Assembly: GCF_006345805.1 (NCBI RefSeq)
Contig: NW_021835613.1
Location: 1-26,239 of the forward strand
Direction: 5' to 3'
Length of the DNA: 26,239 bases
Source: Octopus sinensis
Lineage: Eukaryota
Positions within the stretch are counted from its first letter, which is position 1. The number at the start of each line of letters is the position of its first letter. The notes below the pieces were generated by a model. The model had not been told where the DNA came from. It saw nothing but the letters and a program-made list of their open reading frames with translations, and did no database searches. Of this stretch, positions 11,475 through 21,381 are shown in pieces. Made by a program: the position numbers and the translations under genes.

Positions 11475-12414
11475 TATGGCTTTGTGCATTTGTGCGTCTG
11501 TGTGTGTGTAAAATAGACAAACTGACAGAGAAAGACAGACAGAAACAGACATTGTTTACATCGCAATTCTCACCTACCAACCCCATCCTCCATTACCATT
11601 TCCTGATCCAGTCACAATGGTAACCCCCTTAGTTATATTATTATGTAACAAACACTATTCTCTATTCCGTCCCCTTCCGTCCTCAAAGCACGACCTCTCC
11701 ATGGTAGAGAAGGTGATCCATCTCGAATGTTGGCCATACAAACACGGTCATCAAAATTTGAAGGAGAAATGATCTATTCAAGACAGGAGATATTATTCTG
11801 AATTAACAATGATACTGGGTAGAAGAGAGGTTCATATGATAGACAGTAACATTTATAGTGCTGGTGCCATGATAATAAATACATCTTGTCCATTCCATGA
11901 AGAATTCTGCCTGAAACAGCTCTCTGTCACATTTCTTTTATATAATATATATGCTCTGATGTTCTGTCGAAATGTCATAGCAATGTTGAATCTTAGAACA
12001 CCCGAGAATGGATACAATGAAGCAAGGCCCTTAGAGGGTTCTCCTGTGTCTACGTTTTATGTGTACAATTATATATACAGAGGCAGCAGCATGTATCCGT
12101 CGGTAGATCTGATGATATTTATTGTTAAATGTTGCAGAATTCAAGTAACTCTCTGATTCCCATATGAATAAAGCTCACTACAGATGGCTGACTACTATTC
12201 AGGCAGTTGATGGTCATCTGTGTATTGTTGTAATGTCTACTTTGGTCAGAGGAACCTACTCTCGCAGCCAGCGACCTCCCCACCTACTGGAATAGTCCAT
12301 CAGACTAACACTGAACAATTTATCAACTATGCGTTGGTGTTCTGCTTCAACTGTGACGCCGATTCTTACTTCCCTTACTTCACTTTCTTCATCAAAAGAT
12401 GTTTCCTTATTAAT

Positions 12415-13020
12415 TCATCATCATCATCATCATGATAATGTATCGACTGTTTTCAAAGCTGGCATGGGTTCGACGCTTTGACAGAAGCTGGTCAGCTGAA
12501 AAGCTACCTGGGCTCCATATCTCTTTACGCATGGTTTCGACAGTTAGACGTTCTTCCTAATGCCACCCAATTTACATAATGTAGTGCGTGTTTTTCTGCA
12601 GCACCGACATGGATATTTGTATGTGACACCAGCATGGGTGATTTTTCCGTAGCATCAGCACCCATGATCTCACAAGATTAGGATATCTCAGACGAAGAAT
12701 GATACAGGGGTCATGACAGTATGCAAGGACAACGACGACTTAGCTTGGCGTATCATCTCAAGTACAGCAGACTGCCAAAAGTATCGCTCCCATTTCATCC
12801 CCTCTGTGAGGCCCAACGTCTGACGGTCCTTTCTCACCACATTATTGCACGTCTTCCTGGGTCTACCCCTTCCACACATTCCCTCCACAATGAGAGATCA
12901 CCACTTATTGATGAAGCTATCTTCATCCATATGCATCACATAACCATACCATGGTAGACTTCTCTCTTGCGCACAAAATCCGATGCCTTATATACCCTGT
13001 TTTTCTCTCCAATCCACTTA
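12415..13020 (-). mobile_element. 5'-truncated RTE LINE 3' end with (GAT)n tail
   Basis: Minus frame PWYGYVMHMDEDS..VEGMCGRGRPRKT..LGLTEGM is the same family as 8254-10103; (TCA)n at 12415-12433. Confidence 0.85.
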
Positions 13021-13153
13021 ATTATAGAAACATTATTGATCAGCGTGGATATGTCTATGTGGTGTTGATTTAGTTGTTATGTCTGAAGGCCATGCTATGT
13101 TGTTGCTGTTCTCTTTTCTGGTATAACTTATATTATTTGTGGTGTTATTCATA

Positions 13154-13802
13154 TCTATAAAACAGTCCTTTGACGAAAATGTTATGCACATTTTGCTTTG
13201 GAGGTTAATGGCAGCCAAACCGAGGCAAGGATCGAGCTGAAAATTGGCAAGGATACTAAATGCGTGGTGAGAATGAGACCCGCGATGGTTAAAATTCTCA
13301 AGCTATAAGATGGTTGCTATGGCAAAAAGAGTGATTTTTTATCTCTCTATAACAACGTCTCTCTCTCTCCTCCACCTCCTCTCGCTTCCACACCCCTCTC
13401 GCTGTATCTGTCTGTATCTATAGACAAAAAGCGATGACAACCGCAAAAGTTTAAATATTCTCGCCACAGGTCTTTTAGAACGGTGAATTAATATCGCCCA
13501 CCTCCATCTCACAATCATAACAGATATAATTAAACAGATATATTGTGTTAATTTATATACATACTGTGTGCATATGTGGTTGGATTGTGCTAAAAATATG
13601 CACACCTATGTTAAAAGTGCTAGCGAGTTTGTATGGGAACTTCGAATTTGCTCAATTGAAAGGCATGGACTCTAGGGCAAAATTCCTCATCTTTTAAAAT
13701 GTGGCCCGCTTAGACCCGAATGAAATCGGGTTAAAATACCAAAACGATTAAAACAATAATAAACTATTTTAATCCCGAACAAGGCCGGGTATGTATTTCT
13801 AA
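13154..13802 (+). mobile_element. Possible non-autonomous Helitron 1
   Basis: 3' hairpin cccg-aacaaggc-cggg (13774-89) followed by CTAA (CTRR) at 13799-13802. The candidate 5' end A|TCTATAAAA at 13154 is uncertain. Confidence 0.35.
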
Positions 13803-14302
13803 TCTATCAAATGAAGAAGGCGAACGTTGATACAAATTGGATTTTTATGTAAAAGGATGTGTAATTGGGCCTGGAAGGGGATTATAATTTAAAAGAGGGG
13901 GTAACTTGCGGTGAGAAATTGTTTGAGAGACTTTTGGGGCGCTACTGTGGTTGTTTTGGTGTGAAAATGGGGATTTTATTGATTTTGGGGGACACTTGGG
14001 GGTTTAGATTGGACACCTTTTGTCCGATTTCAATCAAATTTTCAACATGGTAAAGTAGAAGATTTGTAATTTAAGCACGGAAATCTAATTTTTTATAAAT
14101 GGGAGATAGATAGATAGAGAAAGATAAAAAGCAAGAGAAAGTGAGGGAGAGTCCGAGAAAAAGGAAGAGTAAGAGAGTGGGGAAGTGAGAGAGAAAGGAG
14201 AGAGGAACAAAGAGGGTGAATATGGCGATAAGAAACAAAGGAAGCAACAGAAAGTAACAATCACACCCTCACCCACGCGTAGAGCGGGTCACCTTAAGCT
14301 AG
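13803..14302 (+). mobile_element. Probable non-autonomous Helitron 2
   Basis: Starts A|TC at 13803. Ends with GC hairpin acccacgcgtagagcgggt (14271-89), a short spacer and CTAG|T (14299-14303). No TSD. Confidence 0.55.
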
Positions 14303-14808
14303 TACTTATATGTACAATACTCTTCCGTAAGTATTTCTCTTGCTGTGGCCATTTGGCTTTATGAAGCCAGTTGTAGAGATAGGTTCTTGTTAGTTTGTTG
14401 TCTTTCATTATTGTGACATTTCTTTCCTTATATTTTGTATATTTGACTTGATGTTATAATAACTTTATATTGTGTTTTTATTGAATAGTTTGTAACATTT
14501 GTGATTGGCAAGTAAATATTTACTCATTAAATATCATTGTTAAGCAATAACATTGACCACTAATGTGTGTTTTGTTCAATATAATGATCATAATTTTTGT
14601 CTTAATGTAGAACGTAAAGTAAAACAAATGATAATGAAAAGTGGACTCAACTAAGAGATGATGTAAGAAATCAACGCTGTGTGAATAGTTTAATCACTGG
14701 GGAAATAAACTATGTGTAAATGTTGTTGAACTGTTATGTATTTTGGGGCATCTTTAGTATATGTTTGTGTAATCTTTAACTCATCATTTTATATTTCATC
14801 ATTTGTAG

Positions 14809-14986
14809 TACTGTAAAGATCTGAAACTGGGAACGAAGAAAGGTACTCTGATGTGGTGGTTGCTAGTTACCTAGCCCACCATGGGGCCAACTTTTACTGT
14901 AAAAACAAAAGTGGCAGAACACCATTGGACCTAATAAAAAAGAAAAAATTAAAAAAAATATTAAAGACGTTATTCCGACCGACGCC
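14809..14986 (+). CDS. Visible exon 6, last ankyrin repeats and linker, with a -1 frameshift near 14829-14834 (YCKDLKLG / EERYSDVVVASYLAHHGANFYCKNKSGRTPLDLIKKKKLKKILKTLFRPTP)
   Basis: Acceptor tttgtAG ends at 14808 and donor GTaagt starts at 14987. The entry frame stops at TAG; the ankyrin-like frame (GRTPLDL) needs one extra base at ctgggaacgaa. Confidence 0.8.
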
Positions 14987-15424
14987 GTAAGTATTCACTG
15001 GCAGTGACAAGATAAACCATTACATTTTCTTTCTTGTATATAACCGTGTTTATATGTTTCTATTGTTTTAATTCGACTGATACATTATACTGCTTTAGAG
15101 GCTTAATGAAAGGTTAGACAACAGCAGTAAGAAGAACAATAAACAATATGCAGTTGTTAAGCTAATTAAAGAAAGAACACTATTTTGATTACATTCAAAT
15201 GATTGGTTGTGTTGACTGTTATACCTCTCTTAAAACCCCCACCCACCTCTCTCAATTCCCTATTTTAAAGATTTGGGACCAATGAGAAAATGTAGAAGTA
15301 AATAGTGAAGTGATGGAATTTATCTGTCTACCAACAGATTTTTCCTCTGTCTTCTCTGTCCCAGCCAGTCATGTCCATGTGAGCTATCCTGACAAAATCA
15401 CTACAAACACATACAATGAGTGTA

Positions 15425-15521
15425 CATACACGGATACATACATACATACATACATATATATACATAGATAGATATATACACACATATATATGTATATACA
15501 CACACACACATATATATATAC

Positions 15522-15570
<49 letters not shown>

Positions 15571-15611
15571 ATATATATATATATATATAATATATATATA
15601 TATATAATATA
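15425..15611. repeat. (TACA)n/(CA)n/(TA)n microsatellite flanking E2
   Basis: Direct reading. Confidence 0.9.
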
Positions 15612-15879
15612 TATAATTAATTAATAAGGGTGATAGAATTAGATACTAATTTAATAGTAACGCTATTCAACACCGAGTGGCCCAGTGCATACAGAAACCT
15701 GGATTATTATCACCTTTTATACATAAACAAACATAATATAAGAGAGTGGTCACTATGTGGTCCACTCTTGCACCAGAAATGGCTCCGACAGGTTTCAACC
15801 ACAAAATATATATGTTTCACGTGAAAGTCAGTACGATTGTTAGCTCAAACGAACAGGGCAAATAAAAATAACAAAAATA

Positions 15880-15972
15880 CAGATTATTTTGGGACAATTG
15901 TTTCGCTGTTATTGAATTAAATGTAATTACTCACATCAATTCACTTGCAGCTCATCAGCCAAAACTTATCCG
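15880..15972 (-). ncRNA. Canonical type I hammerhead ribozyme (mirror copy, antisense to host gene)
   Basis: Exact reverse complement of 16377-16469; predicted cleavage between 15893 and 15892. Confidence 0.88.
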
Positions 15973-16376
15973 AATATAATTAACTCGATCGCACGCTAGA
16001 TTTTTACCATAACGATAAATACACGTGTGGTCCAGCCAATTACACTCACCGTTATATTTCAAATGCCCCTACCAACAGCGCGCCAACTTTCACGGAAACA
16101 GATACTACATTTAGAAATAAATGCAGTCTAATTATAATTGCACTGGGCCACTCGGTGTTGAATAGCGTTACTATTAAATTAGTATCTAATTCTATCACCC
16201 TTATTAATTAATTATAATTAGACTGCATTTATTTCTAAATGTAGTATCTGTTTCCGTGAAAGTTGGCGCGCTGTTGGTAGGGGCATTTGAAATATAACGG
16301 TGAGTGTAATTGGCTGGTCCACACGTGTATTTATCGTTATGGTAAAAATCTGGCGTGCGATCGAGTTAATTATATT

Positions 16377-16469
16377 CGGATAAGTTTTGGCTGATGAGCT
16401 GCAAGTGAATTGATGTGAGTAATTACATTTAATTCAATAACAGCGAAACAATTGTCCCAAAATAATCTG
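16377..16469 (+). ncRNA. Canonical type I hammerhead ribozyme
   Basis: Stem I ttttgg(16385-90)/ccaaaa(16457-62) plus a distal extension; CTGATGA 16391-97; stem II GCTG/CAGC (16398-401/16441-44) with an inner hairpin; GAAA 16445-48; stem III AC-aatt-GT (palindrome ACAATTGT); GUC cleavage after 16456. Confidence 0.9.
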
Positions 16470-16608
16470 TATTTTTGTTATTTTTATTTGCCCTGTTCGT
16501 TTGAGCTAACAATCGTACTGACTTTCACGTGAAACATATATATTTTGTGGTTGAAACCTGTCGGAGCCATTTCTGGTGCAAGAGTGGACCACATAGTGAC
16601 CACTCTCT

Positions 16609-16616
<8 letters not shown>

Positions 16617-16646
<30 letters not shown>

Positions 16647-16741
16647 TATAATATATATATTATATATGATAATATATTATATATATATATATATATGCAA
16701 TATATATATATATGTGTGTGTTTGTTATATATACATACATA

Positions 16742-16783
<42 letters not shown>

Positions 16784-16787
16784 ATAA
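16617..16787. repeat. (TA)n microsatellite separating E2 and E3
   Basis: Direct reading. Confidence 0.95.
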
Positions 16788-17038
16788 TATAAATAAAAGG
16801 ATGAAATATAATTAATTTAATAAAATCTATAAATATCACGTAGTAGATTTTTCGGTATGGAAAAGACCATATTTGGTAAGAATTATATTAATTATAATAA
16901 ACGGTTAATTGCAACAAGTTGCTCAAAACTACATACCGAAAATATTAGAAATAGCAACCAAATAGATCACTATTTCTCCAACTATTAATCGAAGTAAGGT
17001 GAATAAAGTCAAAATATGCAGCAGGATATCAAATAGTG

Positions 17039-17126
17039 ATGCAGTACGACCATTTCAAGCGAGTCCATTGACTTGAAAAATGCAATTATTACATCAATTT
17101 AAACGCAGTGCTATCTTCAGGTGCAC
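17039..17126 (-). ncRNA. Hammerhead motif, E3 variant (minus copy)
   Basis: Revcomp reads gtgcac CTGAAGA tAGC..GCTt GAAA TGgtCG TA ctgcat. The first stem I pair is C-C and the base of stem II is U-U. Confidence 0.55.
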
Positions 17127-17220
17127 AAAATAAATAGTATTTTTTAAAAAGTAGGCTTATTAATGTTATATTAAAAAATCATGTTTATGTGTCCATTTAT
17201 TAAAAAACTCCATTTAGTTT

Positions 17221-17308
17221 GTGCAGCTGAAGATATAATTGCATTTAAACTGATGTAATGATTGCTTTGTTCAATTAAATGGAGTCGCTTGAAACGGTCG
17301 TACTGCAT
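17221..17308 (+). ncRNA. Hammerhead motif, E3 variant (degenerate stem II)
   Basis: Stem I tgcag(17222-26)/ctgca(17303-07); CTGAAGA 17227-33; GAAA 17291-94; stem III ACG-gt-CGT; GUA site at 17300-02; stem II base poorly paired. Confidence 0.6.
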
Positions 17309-17340
17309 TACTACTTGTTATCCTGTTGCTTATTTTGATT

Positions 17341-17427
17341 ACAACACACACACACACACATATATTATATATATATATATATAATATATATATACATATA
17401 TATATATATATATTATATATATTATAT

Positions 17428-17486
<59 letters not shown>
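17341..17486. repeat. (CA)n/(TA)n microsatellite
   Basis: Direct reading. Confidence 0.95.
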
Positions 17487-17759
17487 CAAAGACATGTATC
17501 ACATTATAGCAGGTTTGAGAAAAAAGCGAGTTTCATTGGGAAAGTAATCCTCAAAGGCGTATATGACATTGCGAGACTCCAAAACAAATCGTTCATACCG
17601 TTTTTTCACTCGATAAAGAATCAGTGAAAAAACGGTAAGGACGATTTGTTTTGGAGTTTCGCAATGCCATATACGCCTGTGAGGATTTACTTTCCAAATG
17701 AAACTCGGTTTTTTCTCAAACTTTTTCTCAAGCCTGCTATAATGTGATACATGTCTTTG
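17487..17759. repeat. Fold-back palindrome (MITE-like), about 125-bp arms, 12-nt loop
   Basis: 17487-17610 is an imperfect reverse complement of 17623-17759; loop cgataaagaatc; a short ttttctcaa duplication in the right arm. No TSD recognised. Confidence 0.85.
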
Positions 17760-17961
17760 GTGTGGTAATTGTACGTGGCTGAAGAAGGCTTTTGATCTAC
17801 CTGTTATATCAATTATGCATGATATAAGTTGTTCAATAAAGCCCGAAACATATGTACCGCAAAATCCTTTGCGTCCTGTTTTTCTTTTGATACATATATC
17901 CTATCACCTATACCCCTAGCTGGCATATACAGGTGCTTACATTTATCAAGTATTCACCCTG

Positions 17962-18023
<62 letters not shown>

Positions 18024-18049
18024 AGGTAAAGAAACATTCGGTCATGAAT

Positions 18050-18349
18050 GATTGTCGGATAGCACCCAGGATGTTAGATGTTACTCTCCGGGGCACGAGC
18101 CCGGGTAATTTTTTTATGGAAGACCAACAGTGGCCTATGTATGCCACACTCCATTCTCCACGCCACCAATGTCATCTAAGAGAAAGACAAGGGCCGATAC
18201 AGCTTGACACCAGTGGCATTAGAACTCACTTCTAAAGCCTATTGAACTGGAAAAACATGGAAATATTGTGTCTTGCTCAAGCACAAAATCGAACTCCCTA
18301 CCTCATGAGTGTGAGCCTGAGGTTCTAACCACTGAGCCTTGCATCTTCA
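18050..18349 (-). mobile_element. tRNA-derived SINE, minus strand
   Basis: Revcomp begins gaagatgcaAGGCTCAGTGGttagaacc..gggaGTTCGATT (Pol III A/B-box-like), then tgtgcttgagcaagacac. The 3' limit is approximate. Confidence 0.65.
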
Positions 18350-18361
18350 TATATATATATA

Positions 18362-18530
18362 TAATCAAATTAAGCAACAGGATATCAAGTCGTGATACAA
18401 TACGACCGTTTCAAGCGCCTCCATTCAATTGAACAATGCAATCAATACATCAATTTAAATGCAGTGCCATCTTTAGCTGTAGAAATAAATGAATAGAATT
18501 TTAACCATTCGGACACATTACTGTAATGTT
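18362..18530 (-). mobile_element. Third E3 fragment with a mutated hammerhead core (18396-18481)
   Basis: Direct-orientation homologue of 17007-17135. Revcomp reads tacag CTAAAGA tggc..gctt GAAA CGgtCG TA ttgta; G5 is A. Confidence 0.7.
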
Positions 18531-19815
18531 TCTAAACTATTTTAACAGAGTAAGAAGATGGAAGAAATTAATGTTATCGATATTGTAGCTAAGAAAAAAA
18601 AAACTACACTTCCAAGAATCGCATGAAGCCTATTGGGGTGATAGTGTTGTAAAGGATTGTAATTCATTTCTAATTTCATTTATCTCTTTATCAACTACTA
18701 AATCTAAGACCAGAAGACAGTGTCCTGTTTTGAATAAAGACAAGAATAAGTTGACAGCTCATGGCTAGGTATGGTCATAAATGTTGTCGTATGTATTCCC
18801 TTTCCTCTAGGCAGAAAGAAGACATTAGGGGTAGTCAATCGGATATAAAGTAAGTGTCCATAAAAAGAGGCTTAGTAGTGTAAGACTTTAAATCATGATG
18901 TTGATTACTAGTTAAAGGGGCAAGGCGCAAAGAAACCAAAGATGTTAATGCAGACGAAATTTTATTATGTGTGATTGTTTATAAACAATATTGCTATGTT
19001 GTATAAAAAATATAATTAAGATTGTCAAAAATGGTATCAATACCGAAATAGGTAAAATGTGTGTCGTTATTATAAACATTAAAGAGGAAAGATTACCGGA
19101 GACTAAACAGTATGCCTATGCCTCAGTAGAAGGTAAATCTGCAAAATCTAAGTTTTGATACAATCGATTTAGGCAGATAAAATTTTGGGGAGAAATACAT
19201 TTGAAGTGGACAAGTTGTCAAAACATGTTTGTAGATCAATGATTTCTTTAGATACACCAATAACAATTACATCATGTGTGGCAGAATCAGTGGTCTATTT
19301 CTCAATGTCCCTGGATTTAGCTATAACTAGGGGTAGATTTTTACCTGATGTTTTCTTATATGGTCCTTTAATGTAGGATTATGTAAGGAAATTTTCTTTT
19401 AATATCCGTCACAACAAATGTCCAGAATTTTCCTGTGGATGGTAAGATTTTGTTCGACTGCAATGATGGGGAAAGACACACGGGCCAGCTACCGCGGGAT
19501 CATACAACCATAATGCATCTTGATTGGCCTGAAGTTAATGGTGCATAAAAACATTGCATTTATGCAGTCAACTCATTTGTTTTTAAATGTGTCTCTCCAG
19601 TTTTGTACACTACATTGTATTGTATTCTCAAAGCATTCTTCTATTTTAGAACAGTGACTTGTTTTGTTATACGGATCTCGTATATATGAAGCTATAGCAA
19701 ATGTGTCCCGTCTCTCCTCACATAAAATTTAAAGACAGATGTCTAAATATAGAGGACTTGTGAAACAGATTAGATACAATGAAGAGTTTTATATTTACAT
19801 ATATTAATGGTTGTA

Positions 19816-20621
19816 CATGATCTCATCAATAAGTATCCAGACTGTTGCCATAGTAACAAAGCTAAAGCACACAGAGTGAAGTTGCTCGGCACAGATTGAC
19901 CTTTATCTCTATTGTGCATGCACGCTAAGTTTTGACTTTCAAGAGCAATTCCACTGTTTACATCAGTGCTTGGAAGGAAGGTGTGTAGCGTGTGATCGTT
20001 ACATTGACCATGATATAGAGAGTTGAGCAGAGAAGCTGCATCAAATTTTGTCAAAAGTTTGACGATTCCTGCTCAGAGGGCCATAGAAAGTTTTTATCGT
20101 CCCTGACACAATCAAGGACATCTTGTGCAACTGAAACCCGTGTGTCCTTTTGGTCATCTGAAAGCAGTTTTGGCTCACATTTGGTAGACACGCGTCTCAA
20201 ACCCAAATCTTCAGTGGTAATGGACCGAACCGTAACTAACCTGCACATCCTCTGATAATTCAAGGATGGTAATTCGACGGTTTACCCACTCAACTGCACG
20301 CACATCAGCAATGTTTTTTCTCAGTTCTGCTCGTTGCAGATCTTCCAGAATGTTCGTCAATATCGACATTTTCGGCCATACTTAAAATGTCTGAACCACT
20401 CTTACATGTGTGTGTGGCTCATACACTCCTCTCCATACACTTTCTGCAACTTTACGTAGGCTTCCAAGCACTGCTTTAAACAGCGGATATGAGCTAGAAC
20501 ATAAAACATTAGTGCGCATGTACAGCACAGATTGAGATCAATCTTTTCCAAGCGGCTTCACTCTGCGTATTTTTGCTTCGTTACTATAGCAACAGTCCGG
20601 ATACTTATTGATCAGACCTTG
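19816..20621 (-). mobile_element. Internally deleted mariner (Tc1/mariner) transposon
   Basis: About 50-bp TIRs (19816-65 and 20572-621; 43/50 identical by hand) with TA on both sides. Minus-strand remnants KVYGEECMS..EWF, EHSGRSATS, RRITILELSED and LGLRRVSTK..KLLSDDQK match the mariner HTH/linker. The catalytic domain appears missing. Confidence 0.9.
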
Positions 20622-20967
20622 TATATAGACACAGACTTGTGTACATATATAGTTTTGTTCAGCAGAAATGGAGTCTAGAAGTGAAGTATGGTTTTGGAAT
20701 ATATGTGGTGCACTGCTTTTGTAATATATCAGAGTCAAGACGTATATTCAACAAAATCTGTATAAATATATACGTGTGTGTGTGTCTGCGTAGCACTTAT
20801 ACACACATAAATCTGTCCGAACGTGGTTCTTTAAAATAGAAATTGTGAGAGACTCATGGAGGTCACTGCAGAGTTTCATAATATTTTGTGCTGTAAATAT
20901 GTATACCATGTAAAATTTGATATACATGAATGTTATTGATGAAATCTGTTTATATTTTGTTCCATAG

Positions 20968-21110
20968 ATGTCGCTGGTGTCAAGAGAACATGGCCACCGT
21001 GAGACTGCAACCATGTGAAGATCTTGTTCTCTGCGAGAATTGTTCTTCTGAAATGACATTTAAGAGATGCCCCGTGTGTCGAGAATACACCCTCAGCAAA
21101 AGTGAATTTG
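20968..21110 (+). CDS. Visible exon 7, RING finger (CRWCQENMATVRLQPCEDLVLCENCSSEMTFKRCPVCREYTLSKSEF)
   Basis: Acceptor tccatAG ends at 20967 and donor GTaag starts at 21111. C-x2-C-x11-C-x-D-x3-C-x2-C-x8-C-x2-C is IAP/MIB-type RING spacing with Asp at the His position. Confidence 0.9.
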
Positions 21111-21336
21111 GTAAGATAATCTTTGGGCTCTGTTTGTTGTCTTGTTGACCTTATTGTGTGGAATAATGTGCTTCAAGCTTTCGTGTAGACCCAGGTATGT
21201 CATAATGGGACAGATTTATGATAAGTGTTCCTGGGGTCTTTTCTTTGTGACAGTATATCTACCACTACATCCACTAAATATTGTCTTTACCTAATTTTAA
21301 GATGTCACACTTCAAGATGTCTGTCAGGATATGTTG

Positions 21337-21381
21337 TTTAGGTACGTACCCTGAATGTCTCTTTAGGTACGTACCCTGAAT
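21337..21381. repeat. 20-bp direct repeat (tttaggtacgtaccctgaat x2, period 25) containing palindrome GGTACGTACC
   Basis: Copies at 21337-21356 and 21362-21381. Confidence 0.85.

Larger units (their letters stand above)
15612..16616. mobile_element. Hammerhead element E2: head-to-head inverted, circularly permuted duplication (A-C-B-A'-B') of a 521-nt unit
   Basis: A 15612-15689 = revcomp of 16139-16216 (78 bp). B 15733-16139 = revcomp of 16210-16616 (407 bp; 2 mismatches seen, 15997/16352 and 16031/16318). C 15690-15732 is single copy. TA arrays flank both sides. Confidence 0.93.
16788..17340. mobile_element. Hammerhead element E3: minus-strand copy (17135 to 16788) head-to-head with a partial plus copy (about 17136-17340)
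   Basis: 129-bp imperfect inverted repeat, 17007-17135 versus 17212-17340. The minus copy ends in the AT-rich terminal motif shared with E1/E2, 299 nt after the HHR core. Confidence 0.75.

Noticed and set aside
12109-12150. CTGATGA at 12109-12115 as a hammerhead core
   Set aside because: No downstream GAAA/NUH and no stem I pairing.
17671-17715. CTGTGAGG..GAAACTCGGTT in the palindrome as a hammerhead
   Set aside because: The core lacks A6, stem II does not close onto GAAA and stem I does not pair.
18290-18349. tRNA gene
   Set aside because: A/B-box-like motifs are present, but there is no cloverleaf 3' half and it continues into SINE body sequence.
21337-21381. CRISPR-like repeat
   Set aside because: Only two copies with a 5-nt spacer, in a eukaryotic intron.
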